NCBI GenBank assembly: GCA_032718475.1
Contig: JAUCBJ010004952.1
Span: 1-34,069, forward strand
Direction: 5' to 3'
DNA from: Nemertoderma westbladi
Lineage: Eukaryota > Animalia > Xenacoelomorpha
Length of the DNA stretch: 34,069 bases
The notes beneath the pieces were generated by a model. It did no database searches. It saw only the letters and a list, made by a program, of their open reading frames with translations, and was not told where the DNA came from. Shown here piece by piece: positions 22,331 to 33,796 of the stretch. Position 1 is the first letter of the stretch. Each line of letters opens with the position of its first letter. The position numbers and the translations under genes were made by a program.

Positions 22331-22801
22331 AGAAATCAATGTATAAAGTAAAAGTAATACAAATATTTAATTTAAAATAAAGTACAAATGAATAAATAAA
22401 GTAAAATAGAATACAATTAATTAAAATTAAATATAAATAAATAAGTATTAATGAATAAAAGAGCTGCGGTGTCACTTATGACACCCTCTTGCTCCTCTCT
22501 GCGACAGTTAGACATCACTGATGACCCATTGTGTGTCAGGGCGCTAATCAGTCTGATTAATTAGGATAATCAATTAAACCCTAATTAGGAGTCATATGAC
22601 ACCTGTTAGGGTTTAATTGTACTAATTAATTGATGACACCTGTCAATTAGGGTCTAATTAGCCTAATTGGGAGGTGTCATCCAGACAGTCTGGCGCCAAT
22701 GACACCCAATGACACCCATAGGGTGATAATTGGGTGTCATATGACACCAATGGGTGTCAGTTAGGTCTAACTGTCGCAGAGAGGACCAAGACCCTACTAC
22801 T
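22331..22801 (-). repeat. Right TIR of the mini-Polinton
   Basis: Reverse complement of 16701-17143 with few differences in the outer ~390 bp. Confidence 0.95.
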
Positions 22802-23399
22802 GAGACCTAATGGATGGTTTTGATTGGTTGTAATCCAAAGGAAAATGACGCAGTTTAATATACATGCGGGTTGTACTCCAAATTAAAACTTTAAGTAGTT
22901 TAGATTACGGACTCACATATTTATGTAGGTCAAATCTCAAATTTTTGAAACTTTGAATACACAATGCTACGCTGTCAATATTCAAATTTTTATCATCAAT
23001 AGCTTATATTAAATGTTGAATTTTTGGTTGGTGTAATTACAGTACCTGTCTTAATCAGACAATTTCAATAATGGTAGTAAGATTATGTCAAAAATGAGAT
23101 GGATTAATTTCAACAAATTTAAAATACGTAAAAAAATTCCTCATATTGAATAATGAAAAACCAGTTGTTACCCTCAAGAATATTAAAAATCTGTCACTTT
23201 TATTAAAAAAATTCTTTCTCGTCATTTTGATACCGCTGATTAGATGACTTTTATTTTCGAAATAGTGTTACATCAATGGTGGAATTGCCCATTCATTACC
23301 GGTATACCAGGTGTTCCATAATGATGCCCCCCCCCCACAGACACTTCCGATATTGGTGAACAGTCAAGTGCAAAAAGTTGGTGCAAGCACCAAAATTTC

Positions 23400-23665
23400 A
23401 AATTTAGCACCCTACGAAAATAGTAGAGCCGTCCATCCAGTCGCTTAGTAAATATTACCATCGCATTCAGCACCGAAGAAAAACCTATATAGATTATGAA
23501 TCAGGCCATAGAAAGTCATAATTCATAATCTTGAAAAATGAAATTTTCATTTTTGTTAACCCAATTTTAGCACCCAACGAAAAGTAGTATAACCGTCCAT
23601 TCAGTCACCTCATAAATATTATCATTGCATTCGACACCCCACAAAACCTATGCAGATTGTGAATG
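23400..23665. repeat. Old diverged duplication (~165-bp spacing), probably part of a decayed non-autonomous DNA element
   Basis: aatttagcaccc.acgaaaa..gtag..ccgtccat.cagtc..taaatatta.cat.gcattc..cacc..aaaaccta occurs twice. Confidence 0.6.
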
Positions 23666-24310
23666 AGAGCTTATAAGTGTAGATTTAGGATTTCTTAAAA
23701 TTGATACTTTTATGTTAAGTGTAGGCCTAACCATTTTTGAGTGTTTTTTACTTTTCGCTAAATATCGTCAAAACGAAAAAATATATGACGAAGCTGATTG
23801 TATATTTGAAATCTCCATAAAATTTAGGACATAATGAGATAATAAAAACAAAATCTATTTTTTTAAACAACATCTGACTAAATATGAGATAAACAGAAAC
23901 CGGCGCTTTAAACTTAGGAAGGGGTCCTTTTTTTGGACACTGATACAAATGCATAATTACTACAAAATACTTTAAAAATAGTATATATGCCAAGATATTA
24001 ATAACGTTTTATGAAACATAATGTCCGCGTACGCCAGCACTTTATATTGCACCTGCTTATAGATAGACCCTGACAGATACTCTGGATGGGAGACCGCGCT
24101 ATACGTGAATTACTGTAACATAAAAGAGTCAGCGGTAAAAATCATGTTTGTTATCAATTAATGAAAGTTATTATGAACAAATATTAAACATAAACATAGT
24201 AACATTTATATTAAATAATACTGCAAGCTTTGTAGATTTTAGCTTTGCTAAAATCTGACATAGTCTAATTATATAAAATTATGACTCGAATTAAGAAAAT
24301 AATTGTAAAC

Positions 24311-24955
24311 CAAGGCGTACTATATACAAGGCCATGCCATCGAGTTACCTGGGGGCGGTGACTGGGGGCAAGATGTTTTTTTACAACAATTGGATATTTT
24401 GATATGGGGAGAGTTCTATAAATTTTCATTTGCTGCAATTTGGTCAATGGACGTAATTGAGGCATCTTCGTTAAGTAAGATAAAAAATTTTATGGTAGCT
24501 AGTGTTTTAGATAGGTTTAGCTAGTAATTTCGACACTGGTTCCGACATCCTGCTTCCCTCTATAAATATTTTGTAGTAGCTAGTTCTTTTTACTATTTGT
24601 ATAGAAAATGTTCCAGAACATGTTAGCTATTCATTTTTTAAAAAAATTATGTTCTAGAACAAATATTTTTTGTTCTAGAGCATTTTTTAGAAAAAAATCT
24701 GGGTTCTATTTAAAACGCATGGAATCGTTCTAAAACGTGTTTAAAATCAATAAAAAAAATTTCACAATTTAAAAAAAAAAAATTTTTTCACAATATTTTT
24801 TTTCACAATTTTTTTATAGTCGCATATAGAAGGATGCTTCAATTACGTCATCGACCAATTTGCAGCAAATAAAAATTTATAGAACTATCCCCATATCAAA
24901 ATATCAAATTGTTGTCAAAAAATCTTTGGCATGGCCTTGTATATAGTACGCCTTG
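24311..24955. mobile_element. hAT-type MITE (645 bp) with an 8-bp TSD
   Basis: TIR caaggcgtactatatacaaggccatgcca / tggcatggccttgtatatagtacgccttg, plus ~95-bp subterminal inverted repeats. TSD TTGTAAAC at 24303-24310 and 24956-24963. Confidence 0.88.
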
Positions 24956-25089
24956 TTGTAAACACGATAATGTTTTATTAATCTGGTCAGCTTTGGAGGT
25001 TTTTAACTAGTTTAAACAATCGTTGCGTTATAATGCAAAGCAAACACGAAACTATGGTAAATCAGTATTCTAGAGCACTAAAGTACTAA

Positions 25090-26457
25090 TTATGGATTGT
25101 AATAGTCATAGTCTGATGTAATAACAAAATCATCACCAGGATCAAATTCGCCGGCGAAATCCTCCAGTAGGGTGGTAGTGTTGGGTTGGTTATTAAACTT
25201 GCGGGTTACATCGAGATTCGTACACAAAACAAAGACAATAGTTAAAAAGAAAAGTGAAAAATCTATGTAATTTAAAATTTTGATCCACAATCGAATTTGC
25301 TTACGGGTTAGTCGGCATGAAAACACCAAGATGGTAACTTTAATACTTTCGGGTTTATTTTCTTTCTCGTTTACTTCTTTACTATCCAATGGTTCCAAAG
25401 CAATATCTTCTTCTTTAATATCCAGATCGCCACGAAGACTTTTACCATCACCCGTAGAACAACTATCTTGCATTTTGTCCAAAAGGTTGTACAACCTCTG
25501 TACAATAACGCACGCGATTACTGTAACTATAGTAACAATAACATTCAAGTAGTACATTTGACTAAGAAGAGCCTCAGGTTTCCCTGCTGGTGGAACAAAT
25601 TGTTGGACCATCACAAGATTAATGAGCTGAGCAAAAAATAAGGCAGATACGAGACCAATCCTGTCGCCCTCCTCGTGTGGAAGGAGAAAAACAAAAGGGA
25701 TGATTGCGCTGATAATGATAGATGGAAAAATTATTATCTTGTAGTAGAATTGCGGCGTTCTATGGATTGTAATGGCGTATATAAGGGTCGTGTATGGTGT
25801 AACGTTTTGGTCTTTTCGGATTTCACTCACCGAACTATTAGAGCGAGCTTCGCCTTTGTCCCAAATCCACTCGTTCGAAGAAAAGCGAACTTTACTCATA
25901 ATTTCTGACATATAGGTCGACCAGTGGAGGCGCACCTGTGATTCATCGTAAATCCATGAAGCGAAATTAAATTCGATAATTTGTCGGTCGTAGGGGAAGA
26001 AACGCGCGCTCAAATCTTGGGAAACTTTCATGTTTATCCGTTGGAGATGTTCGGCGTTTCCCGAAGATCGTAAAATCACGTAATCCACAGTGTCTCCCTC
26101 CCCTCGCTCTAACATATCCATAACTGTAACCTTTGGGTTCCATATCTGTGATGGAGATAACGACAGTTCTTTAATCCCATTGTAGTCTTTTGGATTCCAC
26201 TTTAGGTTTACATCCTCCCAGGACATTGCTGTCCAAGCAGAAAAGATGACACATGAATGAACTATGTCCACATCGGCAATACTTGTCAGTCTGAATGTCA
26301 CATTCACATCAATTACTGCAGAATCGTTTAAGGCAGGGCGATACTCCACCTTGTAATTACTTAAATCCAAAGCAGCAGTCAGTTTTTTCACATTGGCTTG
26401 ACTTTGGGCTTCAGTAAGTGCAGCTATAACGACCAATATAAATACTTTTATTAACAT
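25090..26457 (-). CDS. Pentameric ligand-gated ion channel subunit (nicotinic acetylcholine/5-HT3 receptor-like), intronless, Cys-less loop; 455 aa
   Basis: ATG at 26457 gives the signal peptide MLIKVFILVVIAALTEA. Motifs YRP, WEDVNLKWNPKDYNGI, IWNP, FFPYDRQ..FASWIYD, IHRTPQFY, then M1-M3, a cytoplasmic loop and M4 (IDFSLFFLTIVFVL). Confidence 0.93.
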   Translation of the reverse strand: MLIKVFILVVIAALTEAQSQANVKKLTAALDLSNYKVEYRPALNDSAVIDVNVTFRLTSIADVDIVHSCVIFSAWTAMSWEDVNLKWNPKDYNGIKELSLSPSQIWNPKVTVMDMLERGEGDTVDYVILRSSGNAEHLQRINMKVSQDLSARFFPYDRQIIEFNFASWIYDESQVRLHWSTYMSEIMSKVRFSSNEWIWDKGEARSNSSVSEIRKDQNVTPYTTLIYAITIHRTPQFYYKIIIFPSIIISAIIPFVFLLPHEEGDRIGLVSALFFAQLINLVMVQQFVPPAGKPEALLSQMYYLNVIVTIVTVIACVIVQRLYNLLDKMQDSCSTGDGKSLRGDLDIKEEDIALEPLDSKEVNEKENKPESIKVTILVFSCRLTRKQIRLWIKILNYIDFSLFFLTIVFVLCTNLDVTRKFNNQPNTTTLLEDFAGEFDPGDDFVITSDYDYYNP

Positions 26458-26736
26458 TTTCAGTAAATATATACCGGTACCGGTACACTTACAAATTGAA
26501 TCTGTTCTCAAGTGTTCAAATATACAATAATTAATAGTGAGAGATACAATGGGAAGCTAAAATCCCAGAGCAGTAAAGAATATGACTCACGATTTAATAT
26601 TTATTTCTCTCAATAATTTGTTGACATATTAATTGTATTTAATTTAATTTTAATAAATTATTGTAGGAAGATATATTACATTAATAGATAAGAAACCGCC
26701 GTGGGATAAGGGATCCGGTTTAGTGTATATATATTA

Positions 26737-27035
26737 GTAAGCATATAATAATAAATAAAATATTATTTTAAATGAACCTAGATCGACCTCAGAAAAAAAT
26801 TCATATATTACTTTATCACTAGCTTTCGATATAATTATGTATTTAATATGTAATACCGGTATATTTAATAATATGTTATTAATTTATTTAATTTATAAAT
26901 AGTTGGTTTTCAACACTTGAAAAAGATATACATATTATATCGAAAGATAGTGATAAAGTAATATATGAATTTTTTCTGAGGTCGATCTAGATTTATTTAA
27001 AATAAAATTTTATTTATTTATTATTTTATGCTTAC
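26737..27035. mobile_element. AT-rich foldback/MITE-like element with ~100-bp inverted arms
   Basis: gtaagcat..ctagatcgacctcagaaaaaaattcatatattactttatcactagctttcgatataat is mirrored by attatatcgaaagatagtgataaagtaatatatgaattttttctgaggtcgatctag..atgcttac. Confidence 0.75.
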
Positions 27036-27977
27036 AAATATAATTTAATTTTAATATATATTTAAATATATTACATATTGATGAAGCAACAACTCCAAAA
27101 GGAGATAATTATATGATAACAGGCAGATCATTCTCATAAAATCACCCGTTATAAGAAGTTCAATATACATACAATGCATACAATACATACATACATACGC
27201 ACTGCCAATTGAGTTAACATTTTCAAATGAAATACAGTACAATAAAATCCAATCCTTCACTTCATGTTATAGCATGATGGGAACTCTGTTTCTACATTTA
27301 TCGCCCACCACACAGCCAATTATTCGGGGATTGGGCCTCCAAAACCATTATAATGCCCAACATCAGTAATGGAACCCCAATTTCAAAGCATTACTCCCCA
27401 TTTATATTAACTAGGAGCGTAAATACAGATGGATAGTGTTTGCTGGCGGCAGATGTAATTTATATCTACCAATGACAATAAGAGTTAATATCGTAAACTA
27501 CTGTATGGTACCGGTACTAAAGTGCACTCACTAGTCACTACACATTATCAAATAATTCTTATCTCAAAGCACCACGAATTCACACAACATTGTTTAGTTT
27601 ATAAACCATTTACACGTTTGAGCCTTTGTGTCTTGTGTGTGTTCGAGACATGGGGGGAAACTGCAAACCCCATTAATATCCGAATTAATATCCCGCCTCA
27701 ATGTTAACTTTTCAATTTAGGGAAAGGAGCAGGTTACAGCGGTACGTTATTTTAACCAAAACAATAAACTAAACACAATAGGACAGGTTACAGTTTTATT
27801 TTTGAGACAGTGGAGAGGGTTTATTGCGTCCAGCCCCCCCCCCCCCCCCCCCCATGTTCATGATTCACTGGGATTGGCCAGAATTGTAATTCCATTTAGG
27901 CGATTAATGATTTATATTAGACATCAGATAGAGCAAAAATAATTGTCATTAATAATACTATAAGATAAAATATAATA

Positions 27978-28225
27978 TTATTAAGTAATTTAAAGAGGAC
28001 TTAGTATAATCCATCTCTATAGCAAATGGAGCGGGAAAAATGATTCGCCACCAGCGGATGGCGAATTAGCATACCTGAACGTTTATCGAGAGACGCAGGT
28101 TCGATCCCCGCTGGTGGCGAATTCATTTTTTCCGCTCCATTTGCTATAGAGATGGATCATACTAAGTCCTGTTTAAATTACTTAATAATTTATACAATCT
28201 CATGGATGCTAAAAACATGTAGACA
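27978..28225 (+). mobile_element. SINE-like insertion forming an ~80-bp-arm hairpin, flanked by 17-bp direct repeats
   Basis: Arms at 27978-28057 and 28108-28188. B box ggttcgatccc at the loop edge. ATAAAATATAATATTAT at 27965-27981 and 28226-28242. Confidence 0.65.
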
Positions 28226-29174
28226 ATAAAATATAATATTATCTCATATATTTAATAATTGACACAAAATAAAAATAGATAAGTTCAAGAAGGAGCGCCA
28301 ACCAACGCGGACGCGTCAAGCAGATGCGAAAAAAAAAGATAAATACCTGCAATATAATAAATATTAAAAAATAAATAATAAATAAATTATATTTTATTAC
28401 CGGTAAGATTAACTGTATAGTTAAAATATCATAATAATAATTATAACGATTTAATTTTGCTCACTGTGATTTGGTATAGTGATAATGTAACGTGATGTTA
28501 CTTTTAAACCAATATATTTTTATATCTGTGTTACTTCGTATCGTATAAAACAATGTGTTATTGTAGAAACACGATAATTTATTATACTTTATAATTATAT
28601 AAAAAATACTACCAAACTGCATGAAATATCCCGGTTATATGCGCATTGTATAATATTGATGCGTAACGCCTCCCCTTTGGTTGGTGTTCCCCCACAAATT
28701 AAGCACTTACTCATAAAACATAAGACATTATTATTTATGGCACCTAATAAGTAACTATAGTAACAACCAACAAACCAACCACTAAACAGTGACAGCCAGC
28801 TGATTTCAGATTACAGAGTTACTCTCTGTGGGAAGGAAGAGGTGTGACTATAGAAAGAAACAAACGGCGTTTCCGATATTCCAAGCAGTTTGCAGCCGTT
28901 CATGTATGAAGATACTGTTGGAAATACATTATTATTCATTTGCTGTATCTGCTATTTATTCACTGCAGCCTTCTATATCAGTATTCTATATCACAGAAAC
29001 ACGACGTTCGTGGGGCCTTCGCGGAGCACGGGGCTCAGTTATGAGATATAGATTAATATTGAGCGATTCTACTGTATCACAAACTCGGTATCTAAGAAAT
29101 TTCAAACGCCAGTAAATCAAAGAGAGGGAAAATTCAGCTGATTCAGCTCTGACCTCCAATTCAGCTTTCATCAG

Positions 29175-29538
29175 ATTTTTAACGCGGACGACTTGGATGA
29201 CGAAGTCATTGTCTGGGCTGAGCTGTAACGGTGGTTCGGCCGTAATGATAAGTCAAAGAAAGAAGAGGATTTGGATGAGCACTTTGCCATGGTCCTTGAT
29301 AAACTCCTTCCAAATGTAGCCTTCCTTCTAAAGCTCCTTGGGACTGTACCCGTCTCCAATGCGGAGGCTGAACGCAGTTTCAGTGCAATGAAGCGATTGA
29401 AGACTCGCGCACTCAGTCATCGGCCAGGATCGCATAAATAGGCTAGCGCTTATGGCAATTCACTCTGAGGTGCGAATAGACTCGGGGAAAGTCATTGAAA
29501 TTTATTCTTAACAAAACCGGCGACTCCTGTTTAAATAG
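29175..29538 (+). pseudogene. hAT transposase C-terminal dimerisation-domain relic
   Basis: Hand translation gives LPNVAFLLKLLGTVPVSNAEAERSFSAMKRLKT from 29307, a frameshift, then QDRINRLALMAIHSEVRIDSGKVIEIYS*QNRRLLFK*. Internal stops are present. Confidence 0.85.
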
Positions 29539-30412
29539 TATAGGTGTTGAAAAACTAAAAGATATATCCTGCTTGTTATGCTGTATATAGTTATTGTTAT
29601 CCAGTTATCATCAGTTTCCTACCATCAATTATATTCTCGGTTTAGTATTCTAATGAAATTTTAGCGAAATTTCAAACAACCCCCGCCCCCTCCCGCCCCC
29701 TCTAAAGCGCACACAGGATTGATTAAAGGCTGAGCTATTCTCATAAGTAATATATTAAATATTTTAGGCGTGGAGGCGACCTAATTTGTAAGAAATATAA
29801 AACTTACCTTATGCCGATAGTATTGATACTGAGATGTTAAATTATCATGTCAACACCTCAACAAAATTATATAGCTAATTATTCTGAAGAATCATGATTA
29901 AGAACTCGGCCAATCATTTTGTAAACTAAACACAATAACCAAGCTGGCTTATTAGTCTGGCTCATTACAATGCTGCCTTTGAGTAGAGGTGAGGTGTGGG
30001 TGGACTGGTTCCCCTTCCACCAAGCTAGGCTAGTCATGCCAAGGAAGGAGGGAGCTATAGCTGGAGACTGGGCATTTTAATAACTTAATTACGTTTAGAT
30101 CAATTAAAAACACATTTCTTAAAGCAATTCTCTTGAACTAATTAAAATTGGAATGGTAGGGGGTTGTATAATTTTAAAGTATAATTATTTAAATCGTATA
30201 CTAGAAAATAATTAATATCCTTCAAGAGACAGGTTGAAAATACTTTTTTTTCCCCTAATCAACTTAATTAACTAATTAACTGCTATTATCTTAGCTTCTC
30301 GAAGGCCACACGGAAATTCAACTTAGAAAATTTCTAAACTTGAGCCAGACTACAGGTGTACCAAGTTTGGATAGATTTCATTAACATTTGGCTGAGTTAT
30401 TAACGTTTAAAA

Positions 30413-30480
30413 TAGAACACAACAGAACAACAGAACGACAGAACGACAGAACGACAGAACAACAAAACAACAGAACGACG
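30413..30480. repeat. 8-bp microsatellite (ACAGAACR)n
   Basis: aacagaacaacagaacgacagaacgacagaacgacagaacaac. Confidence 0.85.
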
Positions 30481-30854
30481 GACACACCGATTGAGTTAGT
30501 GATACCCGTTTGTTAAGCTCGCTTACTTGCGTGGCTCGCTCCACAATGTCGTTTACAGTTAACATATTACCAATTAACTAGGTTGTCGATTCAGCCTATT
30601 TTAACATATTAACTTAATTTCGCGAATATTTAATTTCGATATTCACCATTTAAGGTACCTAATAAAGGAAAGTAGCATGATATAATGGTAGGCTTTTCTA
30701 ACCAAAACAATAAACTAAATGTAGGAAAACAGTTTACAGTAAAATTTTTTTCTAGGCTTTAATTTTTCAATATTAATTTAACATTAACCCTATGAGAAGG
30801 CTGAACCGACACCCCACAATTGGCTTTTTGCTTGCAGAAAGGCTATATGTAAGG

Positions 30855-33120
30855 GTCCAGTAGTATACCGCTTACCAGATCCTAGTAACGATGTATCTTA
30901 CTATGAGACTCTAGTAATGTATACGGGCTTGTACAGTATCTGACAACAAATCCCAGTCCAGGATATCTAAACAAACAGATATAGTACACAAACGACTACT
31001 GGCGAGGAACAGAGCCTTGTATCTATTCTATGTACGTGAGCGGGTCGAATGCCTACGTACTAGACAGAAGGATACCTGTCCTCTAACCGGTGAGGCAGAT
31101 GTACAGTTACAGTAACAGACCAAACTCACGGGAAAACAATCCCCGCGCAGCGAATCCTAACTATCACTGACAGTCCTAAATACAGTAACTTGCCGCGGTG
31201 TGATTTATATGGTTTATATACGAGCTAGTGGGTTAACAGACCTAGCGTAACAACACTGACAGTCCTAAATCAGTCGAAAAGGGGTCGTACCTAAATGTAA
31301 CGATAACTGATCCCCCTGTACGAAATCAGTCTAAAAGGTCAGGCCTAAATGTAACAATACCGTTGTCCAGACAAACAACAGTTTAATAACGAAAGTGAAA
31401 TACTCCTTATTGTGCCGCAACTAAATCAGATCCTAATTTTACAAATACAGATAATTTCCACCTAAAGTAATGTATAGTACGCTATAGCTAGTAGAACTTT
31501 AAGGGCGATATGTTTTAGGGCGTGTGTGTGTGGGTGTGTTACAAATAAAACAATTTCGTGTAATTCCTTTTACTAGGTTTTAGTGATTTTCTGACTAAAA
31601 TGATACCGTGCGCTAGCTACTAAAATAAACTAGTCGCGTTTGTAGAACTTTATACTCACGAATGACGTCAAAGCTCTCTCCTTCCTATCCACAACCCAAT
31701 GGGCAACCACAGTGTTAGTAACTACACCCGTGATCGGCACTAATACCAGATTCTGGTTGTAAGATAAGAATAGGGGTTAATCGCTACCGTACGTTAGCTG
31801 ATCTGGTATACTAATTTAATTCTAGAACTTTGTTGCTGCGGTAGTTAGCAGCAATACCTATCAGTACGTGGCAAGGCGCGGTAGGATATTAATAAACCTC
31901 CCTAGGCCAAGCAGTGTGCCGGTAGCAGAAATACTCCTTGCCTGATCAAATAGCTAACTCCAGACAGGGGGGGGGGGGGGGGGGGGGGTACTAATGTACG
32001 TTCTACAAAGCGAACCGGTACCAAACAGTCAGTGCTATGAATCACTAAATTATGGAACATATGCTGTCCGTACCTAATATGTACTCGCGTACTGACGAAT
32101 GGCAATAGTTCGCACCTGTAGGAAGTACAGGTTAACCCAGGGATTCGTAGGACATGACAAAGGGGGGGTGTCTGGATATAATTATTTGATCCTAAATTTG
32201 CGGCGTCCAGTACGGTGTCACGCTTACCCTGATCTATAGGTCTTACGGCGGGCAAGGGCGTCGAACAAAGTCTTACCTTTCTCACAAAGCGGGCGCTGCA
32301 TAGCAAGTTGAGCATTTCGAAGGGGCAAAGGGGGTGCGCGGTCAATCCAATGTGGGCGCTAGCGTGTTGTGGACATCCCTTCCCTGCGTTGCTTACGGCC
32401 TAACGGTCTAGGCTGCCATCTCCCTGATGTTCGGCTGTCCCGAAGTCGGACCAAAAGAAAACATGTCAGGAAATTGCAGTATATTTACAGTTTTACAAAG
32501 AATTATCAAACGAAGTTTCAACAAGAAACCGAATAAACTAATTTTACAATAATATAAAGGAAGTGAAGGTGTCATAAGTGTGTAATAACGTGATAACCGA
32601 AGGCAAACCGGCCTTTTTATACTAGAATATCGCACATGGAAACTAAACAGAATTTTCCACAGCTTCACCATTGAGCAATGAAGTGCTTCGTGCTCTATGA
32701 TTGGCCCAGCTCATCGTTCAACGCAGTCCGGCCCTTACACTAAATCTGGGACATGGAATCCTAACAGAATTTTCCACTGCCTCACATTTGAGCAATAAGA
32801 TAATTTATGCCCTATGATTGGCCTGGCTCATTATTCGCTACGCTGTACGCTTCTCATTGGCCTACCAATTAGCACCACACGAAAATAAATGGCCCCAAAA
32901 TACAAATTTCCCGACTGGGATTCGAACTCGTAACCTACGTAATGTAACCAACGCCTTAACCATCTGACCACTACGCCACGAGAGTACCTAAGGGTTTTAT
33001 GTGTACAAATATGAATAGGCATATTACATTACTGTAACTTAATCAAAATACGTCGGATTTTCAAAAGTTTTTACGTTAAAGTTAAACTACAAATGCTACC
33101 TTATAGTGAAATAATTCATC
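30855..33120. repeat. ~2.3-kb interspersed repeat, copy 2
   Basis: Direct-orientation match to 13233-15313, with extra internal duplications near 31250-31350 and 32620-32830. It includes the tRNA-like head at 32907-32977 on the minus strand. Confidence 0.9.
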
Positions 33121-33601
33121 ACCGCTCCATGAAAACAGTAAGTAAGACTGTTTTCACCAATCAAAATATAAAATATCTACAAACTATTTCTAAATTTACT
33201 GGTAGGGCCTAAAATATAAAATATAATCACTATCTAATCATTGCATACTTAATATTGCAGATACGGCGTAAATACAATCGATCGTACATACAAATACAAA
33301 TTTACGAATTAACTTTAGTGCCTAAAATACAAAAAAAAAGGCTTTCGGTTATCAAGATAAGCAAATTAAACAAATCAGAACAAATAAATCAAACAAATCA
33401 AACAAATAAATCAAACTCTTTCGATAAATCTTTATATATTGTAAATATACATAATAAACCTTTACCAAATTAAATCTGTCCAAATATAATATAAACATAA
33501 TGCGCTAATAACTTCCAAATGAGTCTCAAAGAGTCCTCCTGACAAGCTTAAAAGTTCGTCCTGCTGGTCTGGATATCTTCTCCTGAGCACTAATTGCTAA
33601 C

Positions 33602-33783
33602 GGTAGGCTCGCAAGCCTTCCTTTCCATATCTCGCTCCTCCAAACCCAACATTCAAACATAATGTCCAATATAAATATCCAAATAAAATATCCAAATATA
33701 ATATCCAAATATAACATCCAAATATAATATCCAAATATAATATCCAAATATAATATCCAAATCGGTAGGCTCGCAAGCCTTCC
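33602..33783. repeat. 13-bp minisatellite (CCAAATATAATAT)n bracketed by two copies of GGTAGGCTCGCAAGCCTTCC
   Basis: 20-mer at 33602-33621 and 33764-33783, with the array at ~33660-33762. Confidence 0.85.
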
Positions 33784-33796
33784 TTCCACTCGCTTC

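Larger units (their letters stand above)
16701..22801. mobile_element. Non-autonomous mini Polinton/Maverick-type element, 6101 bp
   Basis: Starts agtagtagggtcttggtcctctc and ends gagaggaccaagaccctactact. 6-bp TSD GAGACC at 16695-16700 and 22802-22807. Long TIRs. AG...CT simple-repeat termini with a 6-bp TSD and TIRs of hundreds of bp are established Polinton hallmarks. Confidence 0.88.

Noticed and set aside
16644-22918. 13-bp inverted repeat (tgtgagtccgtaa / ttacggactcaca) outside the Polinton as a larger enclosing element
   Set aside because: Too short and without a TSD; at most a hint that the Polinton landed in an older small element.
26458-26511. N-terminal extension of the channel ORF given in the track
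   Set aside because: Non-ATG start; the ATG at 26457 directly precedes a typical signal peptide.
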